64,000 nt of DNA from an uncultured Acidimicrobiaceae bacterium (GCA_964653975.1 CAZZIG010000016.1:3331-67330), one strand, 5' to 3'. Numbered from the stretch's first letter, positions 45,034-57,808 are shown. A program made the numbers and translations. The notes: a model not told the origin generated them from the sequence alone.

Positions 45034-46578
45034 ATGTCTGACTTGACCATCACCGCCGATCAGATCACCGAGACGCTCCGCTCCCAACTCGCCGACTGGG
45101 AGCCGGACACGTCCAAGGAGACAGTCGGCTACGTCACCTCCATCGCCGATGGTGTGGCCCGTGTCGAGGGTCTCCCCAGCGTGATGGCCTCGGAGTTGCT
45201 CGAGTTCCCCCAGGGACTGGTCGGCGTGGCGCTCAACATCGACGAGTCCGACATCGGTGTCGTGTTCCTCGGCGATTACAACCACATCGAAGAAGGGGAC
45301 CCGGTCAAACAGACCGGCACGGTTCTCTCCGTACCCGTCGGCGATGCTCTCCTGGGACGGGTGGTCGACCCTCTGGGCAACCCGATCGATGGGAAGGGCC
45401 CCGTCAACACCACCGAACAGCGACTGCTGGAGACACAGGCTCCTTCAGTGGTGGAGCGTCAACCCGTCCACGAGCCGCTGCAAACCGGCATCAAGACCAT
45501 CGACTCGATGACCCCGATCGGTCGCGGGCAACGTCAGCTCATCATCGGTGACCGGCAGACCGGCAAGACCGCATTGCTGGTCGACACCATCATCAACCAG
45601 AAGCAGTTCTGGGGCACCGACAAGGCCGTGAAATGCATCTATGTAGCCGTCGGCCAGAAGTCCTCGACGGTCGCCGAGGTGGTCGCCACTCTCGAAGAGC
45701 ATGGGGCGATGGAGTACACGGTGGTCGTCCACGCCGCCGCCTCGGATGCTCCCGCACTCCAGATGTATGCCCCCTACGCCGGATCGGCCATCGGCCAGCA
45801 CTGGATGTACAAGGGGGAGCACGCTCTCGTCATGTTCGACGACCTCTCCAAGCAGGCAGTGGCCTATCGGGAGATCTCACTGCTCCTGCGGCGTCCCCCG
45901 GGCCGGGAGGCCTATCCCGGAGACGTCTTCTATCTGCACAGCCGTCTCCTGGAGCGTTGCGCCAAGCTCTCCGACGAGTTGGGGGGCGGTTCGCTCACCG
46001 GGTTGCCCGTCATCGAGACGAAGGCAGACGACATCTCGGCGTACATCCCGACCAACGTCATCTCCATCACCGACGGCCAGTGTTTCCTGAAGACCGATCT
46101 GTTCTTCCAGGGCATCCGTCCCGCGGTCGACGCGGGACAGTCGGTCTCCCGTGTCGGCGGCAACGCCCAGATCAGCGCGATGAGGAAGATCGCGGGACCG
46201 TTGCGACTGAACCTGGCCCAGTTCCGGGAGTTGGCCGCATTCGCCGAGTTCGGCTCGGAGCTCGACGCCGCCTCCCTGGCCCAGTTGGAGAGGGGTCGGC
46301 GTGTCGTCGAGGTCCTCAAACAGCCCCAGTTCCAGCCGGTTCCGGTCGAGGAGCAGGTGCTGGTGCTCTTCGCGGTGACCGAAGGGCACATGGACGACGT
46401 GCCCACCGAAGACGTGAAGCGGTTCGAGCGCGAGCTGCGGGAGTACTTCCGCAATCGTCATGGCCATCTGCTCGAGACCATCGAGGAGACCGGCAAGATG
46501 CCCGAGGGCGAAGACTTCGTCTCGGCCATCGAGTCGTTCAAGCAGACCTTCGCAGCCACCGAGTCCGTCGAGGAATAG
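45034..46578 (+). CDS. atpA: F0F1 ATP synthase subunit alpha
   Basis: The ORF track starts at the TTG at 45025, but the ATG at 45034 ([11 protein letters not shown]) fits the usual alpha N-terminus. GDRQTGKT is the Walker A. Confidence 0.97.
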   Translation: MSDLTITADQITETLRSQLADWEPDTSKETVGYVTSIADGVARVEGLPSVMASELLEFPQGLVGVALNIDESDIGVVFLGDYNHIEEGDPVKQTGTVLSVPVGDALLGRVVDPLGNPIDGKGPVNTTEQRLLETQAPSVVERQPVHEPLQTGIKTIDSMTPIGRGQRQLIIGDRQTGKTALLVDTIINQKQFWGTDKAVKCIYVAVGQKSSTVAEVVATLEEHGAMEYTVVVHAAASDAPALQMYAPYAGSAIGQHWMYKGEHALVMFDDLSKQAVAYREISLLLRRPPGREAYPGDVFYLHSRLLERCAKLSDELGGGSLTGLPVIETKADDISAYIPTNVISITDGQCFLKTDLFFQGIRPAVDAGQSVSRVGGNAQISAMRKIAGPLRLNLAQFRELAAFAEFGSELDAASLAQLERGRRVVEVLKQPQFQPVPVEEQVLVLFAVTEGHMDDVPTEDVKRFERELREYFRNRHGHLLETIEETGKMPEGEDFVSAIESFKQTFAATESVEE

Positions 46579-46581
46579 CAG

Positions 46582-47466
46582 TTGTCCAGCGCCGCGCTCC
46601 GTGACACACGACGCCGGATCTCCAGCATCGAGGCGATCAAGAAGATCACCCGCGCCATGGAGCTGATCGCGGCCAGTCGCATTCCCAAGGCCACTGCCCG
46701 GGTCGAGGGCTCCAAGCCCTATACGGCCAAGCTGGTCGAGGTCATCGAGAACGTCGGGGGGGCCAACGCGGGTGCGTCCCACATGCTGTTGGAGCGGCGT
46801 GAGGTCTCGACCGTTGGGATCCTGGTCATCGCGGCCGACCGTGGCATGGCCGGAGCCTATGCCTCGAACATAATCCGACTCGCCGAACAGCGGATCAGCG
46901 AACTGCAGCGCGCCGGCCAGGACGTCGCCGTCTATGCAGTGGGCAAGAAGGCGCAGAGCTATTTCCGTTACCGCGGCTACCGAATCGAGCGGGCCTATCT
47001 GGGTGTCACGGACACTCCGGGATACGCCAACGCCCGTGCCATAGCCAACACCATCATGGAGGCGTACGCCTCGCGGCGCATCGACAGCCTCGAAGCCTTC
47101 TACACCCGGTTCCAGTCCGCCATCACCCAGGTACCCACATCTGCGGAGGTGCTGCCCATCACACCGCCGACCGGTGAGGAGAGAGAAGGCCCGGCCATCT
47201 CCTACGAGTTCGAGCCGTCGCCGGAAGAGATCCTCAACAGACTGCTCCCCCGATATGTCGAGGCCTTCATCTTCAACGTGCTCCTCGAGGCGTCGGCCTC
47301 GGAGCACAGTGCGCGACGTCGCGCCATGAAGGCGGCGACCGACAACGCCGAGGAGCTGATCAAGACTCTCACCGTACAGGCCAACCGGGCTCGTCAGGCC
47401 GAGATCACCACCGCCATCACCGAGATCGTCGGGGGCGCTCAGGCCCTGGCCGAGACCAGAAAATGA
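46582..47466 (+). CDS. atpG: F0F1 ATP synthase subunit gamma
   Basis: TTG start. LRDTRRRISSIEAIKKITRAMELIAASRI at the N-terminus and RQAEITTAITEIVGGAQAL at the C-terminus. Confidence 0.95.
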   Translation: MSSAALRDTRRRISSIEAIKKITRAMELIAASRIPKATARVEGSKPYTAKLVEVIENVGGANAGASHMLLERREVSTVGILVIAADRGMAGAYASNIIRLAEQRISELQRAGQDVAVYAVGKKAQSYFRYRGYRIERAYLGVTDTPGYANARAIANTIMEAYASRRIDSLEAFYTRFQSAITQVPTSAEVLPITPPTGEEREGPAISYEFEPSPEEILNRLLPRYVEAFIFNVLLEASASEHSARRRAMKAATDNAEELIKTLTVQANRARQAEITTAITEIVGGAQALAETRK

Positions 47467-47493
47467 ACGTTGACCATTCCCACAAGGAGCTGA

Positions 47494-48921
<1,428 letters not shown>

Positions 48922-48923
48922 CC

Positions 48924-49274
48924 ATGGCTAAAGCCTTCCAGGTCGATGTGGTCTCACCCGAGGAGACCGTGTGGAGTGGGCAGGCGGTCATCGTCGTCGC
49001 CCGCACCCCTGAGGGCGAGTTGGGCATCATGGCCGACCACGAGCCGATGATGGGGGCGCTGGCCACCGGACCGGTGGAGATCGAGTCCGCGACCGGCCAG
49101 CGCACCACGATCGGGGTCTACGGAGGGTTCATCCAGGTCCTCGACAACCAGGTGACCCTGATCACCGACCGCGCTCAGGTGACCAGCGACACCGCGGAGG
49201 CGAGGGAGGTGGCGGCCGAGCTCGCCTCGGAGGAGGCCGAGTCCGATCATGCCGAGGTGGACGAGCCCGCCTAG
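48924..49274 (+). CDS. atpC: F0F1 ATP synthase subunit epsilon
   Basis: 116 aa. VDVVSPEETVWSGQAVIVVARTPEGELGIMADHEP is the typical epsilon beta-sandwich start. Confidence 0.92.
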   Translation: MAKAFQVDVVSPEETVWSGQAVIVVARTPEGELGIMADHEPMMGALATGPVEIESATGQRTTIGVYGGFIQVLDNQVTLITDRAQVTSDTAEAREVAAELASEEAESDHAEVDEPA

Positions 49275-49285
49275 GTTGAGCGGCA

Positions 49286-50527
49286 ATGCCGGCGGCCGAC
49301 ATCCCACTGCTCGCTCTCCTGATTCTCCTCCTCATGGCGGCCGTGTTCCTGGCGGCCGCCGAAGCGTCCCTCCTGCGGGTCAACGAGGCCAGGGCCCGCT
49401 CGGAGGCCGCCACCGGGGGAAGGAGGGTCAAACGTCTGCTCCACCTGGTCGAGCGGCTCTCGGAGGTGCTCAACCTGATCCTCCTCCTCGCCCTTCTCGC
49501 CCAGATCGGGTCGGCCACCCTGGTCGGCATCCTCGCCCAACGCTGGTTCGGCAACGTGGCGGTGACCGTGGCCTCGATCGTCCTCACCATCTTCCTGTAC
49601 ATCTACGGTGAGGCGATCCCGAAGACCTATGCGGTGCGCCACCCGATGAGCACCGCCCTGTTCGTGTCCGGCCCGATCACTTTCCTGGAGCGGCTGTTCC
49701 GGCCGGTGGTGCGTTTGCTCGTCTGGATCGCCGATATCCAGATGCCAGGCAAGGGCGTGACGACTTCCTCGGCGGTGACCGAAGACGAGCTTCGGTATCT
49801 CGCTGTGGAGGCAGCCGACGAGGGCGAGATAACCGAGGGTGACCGGGAGCTAATCGACAGGGTCTTCCGGTTTGGCGACCGCCGGGTCGACGACATCATG
49901 GTGCCGCGCCCCGATGTCGTGGCGGTGCAGATGGCCACTTCGATCGACGAGGCGCTCGATGTGGCGCTCGAAGCAGGTCATCGTCGTCTGCCCGTCTACA
50001 CCGACAACGTCGGGAACATAACGGGGGTGGTCCGGCTTCGCGACCTGATCGCGGCCCGGGACGAGGGCGTCTCGGATCTGGCTGCGGTTGCGTTCGAGCC
50101 GCTGGTCGTCCCTGAGTCGAAACACGTCAGCCAGCTTCTCGCCGCTATGCAGGATCGGGGCACGACCGTGGCCATAGTGGTCGACGAGTACGGGGTGACG
50201 GTGGGGCTGGTGACTGTCGAGGACGTCGCCGAAGAGCTCTTGGGAAGCATCAGCGAGGAGGAGTCCCTTCCTGCAATCCAGGCCGTCGGGGAGGGTCGCT
50301 GGCTGGTGGCGGGATCAGTCCCGGTCGAAGATCTCGGGGACGAGTTGGGTGTGGATCTTCCCCGGGGCGAGTGGAACACCGTGGCCGGGATGATGCTCGG
50401 CCTCGCCGGGGAGATCCTCGCTCCCGGGTCACGTGTCGAGGCCAGCGGCCACTCGTTCGAGGTGTCCTCGGTGCGGGGCCGACGGATCACCCTCGTCGAC
50501 GTCAGGGATACCCGCTCCGACCACTGA
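49286..50527 (+). CDS. CNNM/DUF21-CBS-CorC_HlyC family transporter-associated (hemolysin-like) protein
   Basis: N-terminal DUF21 membrane domain, then a CBS pair (VDDIMVPRPDVVAV...AIVVDEYGVTVGLVTVEDV), then the C-terminal CorC domain. Confidence 0.88.
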   Translation: MPAADIPLLALLILLLMAAVFLAAAEASLLRVNEARARSEAATGGRRVKRLLHLVERLSEVLNLILLLALLAQIGSATLVGILAQRWFGNVAVTVASIVLTIFLYIYGEAIPKTYAVRHPMSTALFVSGPITFLERLFRPVVRLLVWIADIQMPGKGVTTSSAVTEDELRYLAVEAADEGEITEGDRELIDRVFRFGDRRVDDIMVPRPDVVAVQMATSIDEALDVALEAGHRRLPVYTDNVGNITGVVRLRDLIAARDEGVSDLAAVAFEPLVVPESKHVSQLLAAMQDRGTTVAIVVDEYGVTVGLVTVEDVAEELLGSISEEESLPAIQAVGEGRWLVAGSVPVEDLGDELGVDLPRGEWNTVAGMMLGLAGEILAPGSRVEASGHSFEVSSVRGRRITLVDVRDTRSDH

Positions 50528-50535
50528 GGGGGCCA

Positions 50536-50658
50536 GCTTTCCTCAGGAAGTGGGACCCGTATCCGGGTCCCACCGCCTCGAGAAATGTGGGTCTGTGCGC
50601 CTCGAGAATTTCTCGAGGCGCACAGACCCACATCCGGGTCGTACTTCCTGAGGAAAGC
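50536..50658. repeat. 123-bp nested palindromic element filling the convergent intergenic gap (terminator-like or MITE/REP-like)
   Basis: The outer 16-bp perfect inverted repeats are GCTTTCCTCAGGAAGT (50536-50551) and ACTTCCTGAGGAAAGC (50643-50658). Inside are a side hairpin TGGGACCC/GGGTCCCA (50551-50572) and a central perfect 49-bp palindrome with 24-bp arms at 50585-50608 and 50610-50633. Confidence 0.85.
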
Positions 50659-50659
50659 G

Positions 50660-51097
50660 TCAGTCGTCGAAGGCTGCGGCAAAGGAGTCCACCGACTCGG
50701 GGAGACCGTTGCCGATGGCGGCGGCGATCACGGGGAAGAACATCGAGGAGAGCAGGCCGACGCTGGACACGTCGAGCGTGACGGTGATGGCGGTGCCTTC
50801 GCCGTCCGGTGCGATGTCGACGGTGGTGACACCCTCCACTTCGCGGTTGGCCACATTCCACGACATCGTCTCCCGCTCGACTCGCTCCCGGGGGGTGGCT
50901 ACACCGAGGTACCTCCTTCCGGCAGCGACGGTCTCGAAGGAGAATCTCACGAGCCGGCCACGCTCGTCGATCTCGGGGTCGACGACCCGGTCGACACCGC
51001 CGATCGCCTCCCAGGTCTCGGGTCGGTCGAGGGCGGACCAAACCTCGTCCACCGATGCTCGGGTCGTCGCCTGATGGGTGAAGGTCTGGGCGGGCAC
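50660..51097 (-). CDS. SRPBCC-superfamily (polyketide cyclase/CoxG-like) protein
   Basis: 145 aa. ASVDEVWSALDRPETWEAIGGV is typical of the START/SRPBCC fold N-terminus. Confidence 0.7.
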   Translation of the reverse strand: MPAQTFTHQATTRASVDEVWSALDRPETWEAIGGVDRVVDPEIDERGRLVRFSFETVAAGRRYLGVATPRERVERETMSWNVANREVEGVTTVDIAPDGEGTAITVTLDVSSVGLLSSMFFPVIAAAIGNGLPESVDSFAAAFDD

Positions 51098-51142
51098 GGC
51101 GGCAACCTAGCCGCCCGGGTCGAACACCGGTAGCGTCACCTG

Positions 51143-51559
51143 ATGGCCGAGTTGAGAGATCGTATCGAGGGAATTTTCACACGCGCCCCGTTCATGGAAA
51201 TGCTCGGGGTGCGTCTCGTCGACGTGGGAGAGGGTTGGGTGGAGACCGAGTTGGAATTGGAGGACCGTCTCACCCAGCAACACGGGTTTGCCCATGCGGG
51301 CGTCGTCTCGACTCTCGCCGATCACTCCGCCGGCGCCGCGGCCACCACCGCGATCGGCGAAGACCAGTCGGTGCTCACGGCCGAATACAGCATCCACCTG
51401 CTCCGACCAGGATCCGGTGCCAAGCTCGAGTCTCGGGGCGAAGTGGTGAGAGCGGGGAGATCGTTGATCGTGGCCCAGGCCGACGTGTGGGCCGACGGGA
51501 GCCACTGCGCCCGCTACACGGGCACCATGGCCGTGGTCGACCGAACCATCGCCTCCTAG
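51143..51559 (+). CDS. PaaI-family hotdog-fold thioesterase
   Basis: PFMEMLGVRLVDVGEGWVETELELEDRLTQQHGFAHAGVVSTLADHSAG is the classic PaaI/4HBT pattern. Confidence 0.85.
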   Translation: MAELRDRIEGIFTRAPFMEMLGVRLVDVGEGWVETELELEDRLTQQHGFAHAGVVSTLADHSAGAAATTAIGEDQSVLTAEYSIHLLRPGSGAKLESRGEVVRAGRSLIVAQADVWADGSHCARYTGTMAVVDRTIAS

Positions 51560-51864
51560 TCGAAGGTTCGTCTCAACCGCTCCAGCCGGGTGTCCCACTC
51601 ATCGCCGACCGTCTCCAGCCAGGTGGCGACGTCGCGCAACGGTGCCACCCGCGCCGAGTAGACCACCTGACGACCTTCCTCTCTGCGGTCGACGAGACCC
51701 ACCGAGTCGAGCAGGTTGAGATGCTTGGCTATCGCCTGACGGGAGATGGGAAGCTCGGTGGCCAGCTTCGATGCGGAGGCAGGCCCCTCGGAGTTGAGCC
51801 GTTCGAAGACTGCCCGCCGGGTGGGGTCGGCCAGAGCGGCCAGGAGCGGCTGTGGATCGGTCAT
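51556..51864 (-). CDS. ArsR/SmtB-family transcriptional regulator
   Basis: ORF 51556..52005 trimmed to the ATG at 51864, which overlaps the upstream stop (ATGA). LAALADPTRRAVFERLNSEGPASASKLATELPISRQAIAKHLNLLDSVGLV. Confidence 0.88.
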   Translation of the reverse strand: MTDPQPLLAALADPTRRAVFERLNSEGPASASKLATELPISRQAIAKHLNLLDSVGLVDRREEGRQVVYSARVAPLRDVATWLETVGDEWDTRLERLRRTFD

Positions 51865-52211
51865 GCCGCCTTGCTGAGGAACACCGGGGGCGCTCCGCTG
51901 ATTCGGTACTCGAGGAGACGCTCGGTGATCGTCACCCGGGATCCTCGTTCGTGAGGCTCGATGTCGATGGTGACTTGGGAGGGCTCCCCGTCGACCTCGC
52001 GCCACGACCAGGTGATCGACTCGCCCGGCTCGACCTCTTCGACGGTGCCGATGACGTCACGGTCGGGGACGGTCACTGCACCACCCCGGCGCGGCTCGAC
52101 CCGTACCCCCATCCACTCCTCGGCCAGGTCGCCGTCGGTTATGCGCTCCCAGACCTCGTCTGGCATTGCGGGGAGTTCCACGCTTCTCTCGATCTCGGGT
52201 AGGTCAGCCAT
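51861..52211 (-). CDS. SRPBCC/AHSA1-like protein co-transcribed with the ArsR regulator
   Basis: The ORF track uses the TTG at 52220, but the ATG at 52211 ([27 protein letters not shown]) is more plausible. This is the common ArsR-Aha1 domain pair. Confidence 0.7.
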   Translation of the reverse strand: MADLPEIERSVELPAMPDEVWERITDGDLAEEWMGVRVEPRRGGAVTVPDRDVIGTVEEVEPGESITWSWREVDGEPSQVTIDIEPHERGSRVTITERLLEYRISGAPPVFLSKAA

Positions 52212-52215
52212 GAAG

Positions 52216-52268
52216 TGCAACTTAGCAGTTGCGTCACGTGTTAGGCTATCTGCAACTCAATGGTTGCG
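52216..52268. promoter_or_regulatory. Two 18-bp dyad motifs TGCAACT-N5-GTTGCG, 35 bp apart, in the divergent ArsR-operon/clpP control region
   Basis: 52216-52233 is TGCAACTTAGCAGTTGCG (GCAACT/AGTTGC perfect arms). 52251-52268 is TGCAACTCAATGGTTGCG. They share 13 of 18 positions. A CACGTG palindrome at 52235-52240 lies between them. Confidence 0.5.
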
Positions 52269-52278
52269 AAAGGACATC

Positions 52279-52884
52279 ATGCTCGTACCGACAGTCATCG
52301 AACAGACCTCTCGTGGTGAGCGGGCCTTCGACATCTACTCGCGACTCCTCGGCCATCGTGTTGTGTTTCTCGGCCGTCCCGTGGACGACGAGATCGCCAA
52401 CCTGATCGTGGCTCAGTTGCTCCACCTCGAGTCGGAGGACCCGGACAAGCCGATCTCGCTGTACGTCAACTCTCCCGGGGGGTCGATGGACGCGATGTTC
52501 GCCATCTACGACTCGATGCAGCACATCAGCCCCGCGGTCCACACCACCTGCATCGGCATGGCGGCCTCGGCGGCTTCGTTGATCCTGGCGGGCGGGGAGG
52601 CCGGGCAGCGGTCCATCCTTCCCCACGGTCGGGTGATGATCCATCAGCCGTGGGTGCAGAACGTCGGCGGGCAGGCATCGGACATCGAGATCCAGGCCAC
52701 CGAGATCCTGCGTCAGCGTGAGCAGGCCAACGACATCCTCGCCCGGCACACCCGTCAGGACATCGAGACGATCCGTCAGGACACCGATCGTGACCGGTGG
52801 TTGACCGCCGACCAGGCCGTGGAATACGGGTTGGTGGACACCATTCTGGCGCCTTCGGCCATCCCGGCCGGTCTCGAGGGGTGA
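52279..52884 (+). CDS. clpP: ATP-dependent Clp protease proteolytic subunit
   Basis: ORF 51961..52884 trimmed to the ATG at 52279. [24 protein letters not shown], catalytic Ser in GMAASAAS, His in MIHQP and Asp in DTDRDRW. Confidence 0.95.
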   Translation: MLVPTVIEQTSRGERAFDIYSRLLGHRVVFLGRPVDDEIANLIVAQLLHLESEDPDKPISLYVNSPGGSMDAMFAIYDSMQHISPAVHTTCIGMAASAASLILAGGEAGQRSILPHGRVMIHQPWVQNVGGQASDIEIQATEILRQREQANDILARHTRQDIETIRQDTDRDRWLTADQAVEYGLVDTILAPSAIPAGLEG

Positions 52885-52905
52885 GCGGTACCGGGTAGGG
52901 CTAGT

Positions 52906-54264
52906 TTGTTCCGGGTGACCGGGATCGATCAACAGCCACAGCGGGTCTCCTTCGCCAGCAAGTACGCCAAAGTCGGCGACCTGAGGATCGCCTACGAGAT
53001 TCGGGGCAGTGGTCCCGTCTTGGTCATGGCCGGGACCAGCTTCACCAATCAGGAGGCCCTCCTGGACGATCCCGGTGCCGCCATGTTCATCAAAGGTCTG
53101 GCCCGATTCGCCACCCTGGTCAGATTCGACGTCATCGGTGTGGGAGGATCCGACCGACCTGCATCCGAAAAGGACGTCCCTTCCTTGTCCGATCAGCTGC
53201 TCGCAGTTCTCGATGCGGCAGAGGTGGAGGATGCCACGATCATGGCGCTGCTCCAGGGAGGGCCCAGGGTCGTCGAGTTCGTCGTGCGCAATCCTGAGCG
53301 GGCGGCCGGGTTGATCCTCTGGAACACCTCGGCCCGCATGCTGCGAGACGAGGACTACGAGATCGGCCTCGATCCTGCCGCCTACGACCAGCTGGCCGCA
53401 CTCGTCCTCGACCAGTGGGGCACGGTGTCGGTGGCGCGGATGAATCTGCCCAGCAGGATGGGGGATGAGAGGTTTCTCGAGTGGTACCTGCGCTACATGA
53501 GGGGCTCGGCGACCCCGCGGCAGGTGGAGGTGAACCTCAGGGAGGCCAGGGACGATGATGTGCGCTCTCTGCTGCCTCAGGTCCCCGTCCCCACCCTCGT
53601 GATGGCCAGGTCGGGCTATGTCGCCATTCCGAGCTCTCATGGCAGATACATAGCCGACCACATCCCCGACGCCCGGTTCGTCGAGGTCCCAGGTTCGGAC
53701 GGCCCGATCTATTGGGAGACGCCCGAGCGGATCCTCGAGCATCTCGAGCGGTTCGTCACAGGGACGGTGCAGACCTCACATGCCCGCCCGGAGACCCTGA
53801 CGTTGTTGTTCACCGACATCGTCGGGTCGACCGAGATGGCCATGGAGAAGGGTGACTCGGGGTGGTCTCTGCTGCTCTCCCAGCACGATGAGGTCTCGGC
53901 GAAGTGGATCGACGCCCTGCACGGCCGTGTGGTAAAACACATGGGCGACGGCGTCTTCGCCGAGTTCTCCAGCCCCAGCCTGGCCCTCACGGCAGCAGGC
54001 TCGCTGAGATACGATCTCCGGCGTCTGGGGATCGAGGTCCGCATCGGGATCCACACTGCCGAAGTCGAACGTAGAGGCGACGATCTCGAGGGTCTGGGAG
54101 TGGTAGTCGCGCGAAGGATCATGGAGTCGGCGTCGGGAGGAGAGATCTTGGTCTCGCGAACCGTCTGTGATCTCCTCACCGGGTCCCAACTCCACTTCGA
54201 GGGTGCCGGGAAACACCAGCTCAAGGGGCTCGGCGGCGAGTGGCACCTCTACCGTCACGTGTGA
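52906..54264 (+). CDS. Alpha/beta-hydrolase domain fused to a class III adenylate/guanylate cyclase catalytic domain
   Basis: The N-terminal roughly 280 aa are alpha/beta-hydrolase-like (DLRIAYEIRGSGPVLVMAG...). The C-terminal part is LTLLFTDIVGSTEMA...VKHMGDGVFAEF...RIGIHTAEVE, the cyclase homology domain. TTG start is uncertain. Confidence 0.85.
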   Translation: MFRVTGIDQQPQRVSFASKYAKVGDLRIAYEIRGSGPVLVMAGTSFTNQEALLDDPGAAMFIKGLARFATLVRFDVIGVGGSDRPASEKDVPSLSDQLLAVLDAAEVEDATIMALLQGGPRVVEFVVRNPERAAGLILWNTSARMLRDEDYEIGLDPAAYDQLAALVLDQWGTVSVARMNLPSRMGDERFLEWYLRYMRGSATPRQVEVNLREARDDDVRSLLPQVPVPTLVMARSGYVAIPSSHGRYIADHIPDARFVEVPGSDGPIYWETPERILEHLERFVTGTVQTSHARPETLTLLFTDIVGSTEMAMEKGDSGWSLLLSQHDEVSAKWIDALHGRVVKHMGDGVFAEFSSPSLALTAAGSLRYDLRRLGIEVRIGIHTAEVERRGDDLEGLGVVVARRIMESASGGEILVSRTVCDLLTGSQLHFEGAGKHQLKGLGGEWHLYRHV

Positions 54265-54326
54265 ACAAATCACCTCGCCCTGCACGGGCCTGGTTTGTAG
54301 ACTGAGCCCGTTCCCTCACCCCACTC

Positions 54327-55925
<1,599 letters not shown>

Positions 55926-55963
55926 TACCCCAGCCCCCGACACGTCGGTACAATGGTCTTCCC

Positions 55964-57781
55964 GTGTCGGGAACCCCTTCGATCCGCAACGTGGCTTTGA
56001 TCGCGCACGTCGACCATGGCAAGACGACTCTCGTCGATGCCATGCTCAACGCCGCCGGTGTCTTTGCCGCGCACGAGACTCCGGTCGACCGGGTCATGGA
56101 CTCCGACGACCAGGAGCGGGAGCGAGGGATCACCATCCTGGCCAAGGCCGCCGCCATCGAATGGAGCGGCACCCGGATCAACCTGGTCGACACCCCCGGC
56201 CACTCCGACTTCGGCGGCGAGGTCGAGCGCGCCCTGGCCATGGTCGACGGGGTGCTCCTCCTCGTCGACGCCGCCGAGGGGCCCATGCCCCAGACCCGAT
56301 ACGTCTTGTCCAAGGCGCTGGGTCGTGGGCTGCCCGCGGTGGTGGTCATCAACAAGGTCGACCGCGCCGACGCCCGGATCGACACGGTGGCCGACGAGAT
56401 CTACCAACTGTTCTTCGACCTCGGGGCCGAAGACCATCACATCGAGTTTCCCTTCGTCTCTTCGATTGCCCGTCTGGGCCGGGCGGTGCGAGGTGTCGCC
56501 ATCCCTCCCGAAGACAGCGACCTTTCCCCGATCCTCGACTCGATCGTGGAGACGATCCCAGCTCCCTCGGGAGACCCTCACGCTCCGTTGCAGGCCATGG
56601 TCACCAACCTCGACGCCTCCGACTACCTGGGTCGGCTCGCCATAGGACGGGTCGAGCAGGGAACACTCGCCGCAGGCACACGGATCGGGCTGATGCAGGC
56701 CGACGGAACCATCGTCGAGCGGAAACCGACGGCGCTGCTCGGATTCTGGGGTTTGGGCCGTGTCGAAGTGGCGGACCGTCGCGCCGGCGACCTCTTCGTC
56801 CTGGCGGGCTTCCCCGAGGTCGAGATAGGCGACACCCTCATCGATCCCGACCATCCGCATCCGTTGTCCCGGCTCCAGGTCGACGAGCCGGTGCTGCGGA
56901 TGACCTTCGGCGTGAACACCTCACCGATGGCAGGCAGATCGGGGACCATGCTCACCTCCCGTCAGATCAGGGCGAGACTTGAGCGCGAAGTGCTCGGCAA
57001 CGTCTCCATCCGCACTGCCGACACCTCCAGCCCGGACGCCATCGAGGTGGCGGGTCGTGGGGAGCTGCAGCTGGCAGTGCTGATCGAGTCGATGCGACGC
57101 GAGGGTTTCGAGCTCCAGGTGAGCCGGCCGGAGGTGATCACTCGTGACGTCGACGGTGTCCGTCACGAGCCGATGGAACGCGCCTTCGTGGATGTGCCAG
57201 ACGACTATGTCGGCGTCGTCACCCAGTCGATCGCCGCCCGACGCGGCCGGGTCGAGGACATGAAGCCCGGCGAACGGGGGAGGACCGTGGTCTCCGCCAC
57301 CGGCCCGGCCCGTGGTCTGATCGGGTTCCGCTCAGAGCTGATGAGCGCCACCAGGGGCACCGCCCTGGTCAACCAACAGCACGAGGGCTGGATGCCCTGG
57401 GCCGGGGAGATCGAAGGCCGCTCCGGCGGGGCGATGATCTCGGACCGGACCGGGACCGCCACCGGGTTCGCCCTCGACAACCTACAGACCCGGGGAGAGC
57501 TGTTCATCGAGCCGGGTGACCCCGTCTACGAAGGGATGATCATCGGGGAGAACTCCCGGCCCGAAGTCCTCTTGGCCAACCCGGCCAAGACGAAACAGCT
57601 CACCAACATCCGCGCCGCCGGGTCCGATGAGGCGATCAAGTTGAAACCTGCCCGTCGGCTCACCCTGGAGACGGCCATCGAGTGGATCGACGACGACGAG
57701 CTGGTTGAGGTGACCCCCGATGCGATCAGGGTGCGGAAGCGTCACCTATCGGAGCCGGAGCGGCGACGTCACAACAAGTAG
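55964..57781 (+). CDS. typA: Translational GTPase TypA/BipA
   Basis: GTG start. IRNVALIAHVDHGKTTLVD (G1), DTPGHSDFGGEV (G3), NKVD (G4). Length is 605 aa. Confidence 0.95.
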   Translation: MSGTPSIRNVALIAHVDHGKTTLVDAMLNAAGVFAAHETPVDRVMDSDDQERERGITILAKAAAIEWSGTRINLVDTPGHSDFGGEVERALAMVDGVLLLVDAAEGPMPQTRYVLSKALGRGLPAVVVINKVDRADARIDTVADEIYQLFFDLGAEDHHIEFPFVSSIARLGRAVRGVAIPPEDSDLSPILDSIVETIPAPSGDPHAPLQAMVTNLDASDYLGRLAIGRVEQGTLAAGTRIGLMQADGTIVERKPTALLGFWGLGRVEVADRRAGDLFVLAGFPEVEIGDTLIDPDHPHPLSRLQVDEPVLRMTFGVNTSPMAGRSGTMLTSRQIRARLEREVLGNVSIRTADTSSPDAIEVAGRGELQLAVLIESMRREGFELQVSRPEVITRDVDGVRHEPMERAFVDVPDDYVGVVTQSIAARRGRVEDMKPGERGRTVVSATGPARGLIGFRSELMSATRGTALVNQQHEGWMPWAGEIEGRSGGAMISDRTGTATGFALDNLQTRGELFIEPGDPVYEGMIIGENSRPEVLLANPAKTKQLTNIRAAGSDEAIKLKPARRLTLETAIEWIDDDELVEVTPDAIRVRKRHLSEPERRRHNK

Positions 57782-57808
57782 CGGTCGGCCGCTCAGACCT
57801 TTCTGCGC

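Noticed and set aside
54260-54274. CRP-like sequence TGTGAACAAATCACC at the end of the cyclase gene, upstream of the ABC-F gene
   Set aside because: The spacer is 5 nt instead of 6 (GTG-N7-CAC rather than GTG-N8-CAC) and the right half-site is imperfect. It also overlaps the stop codon.
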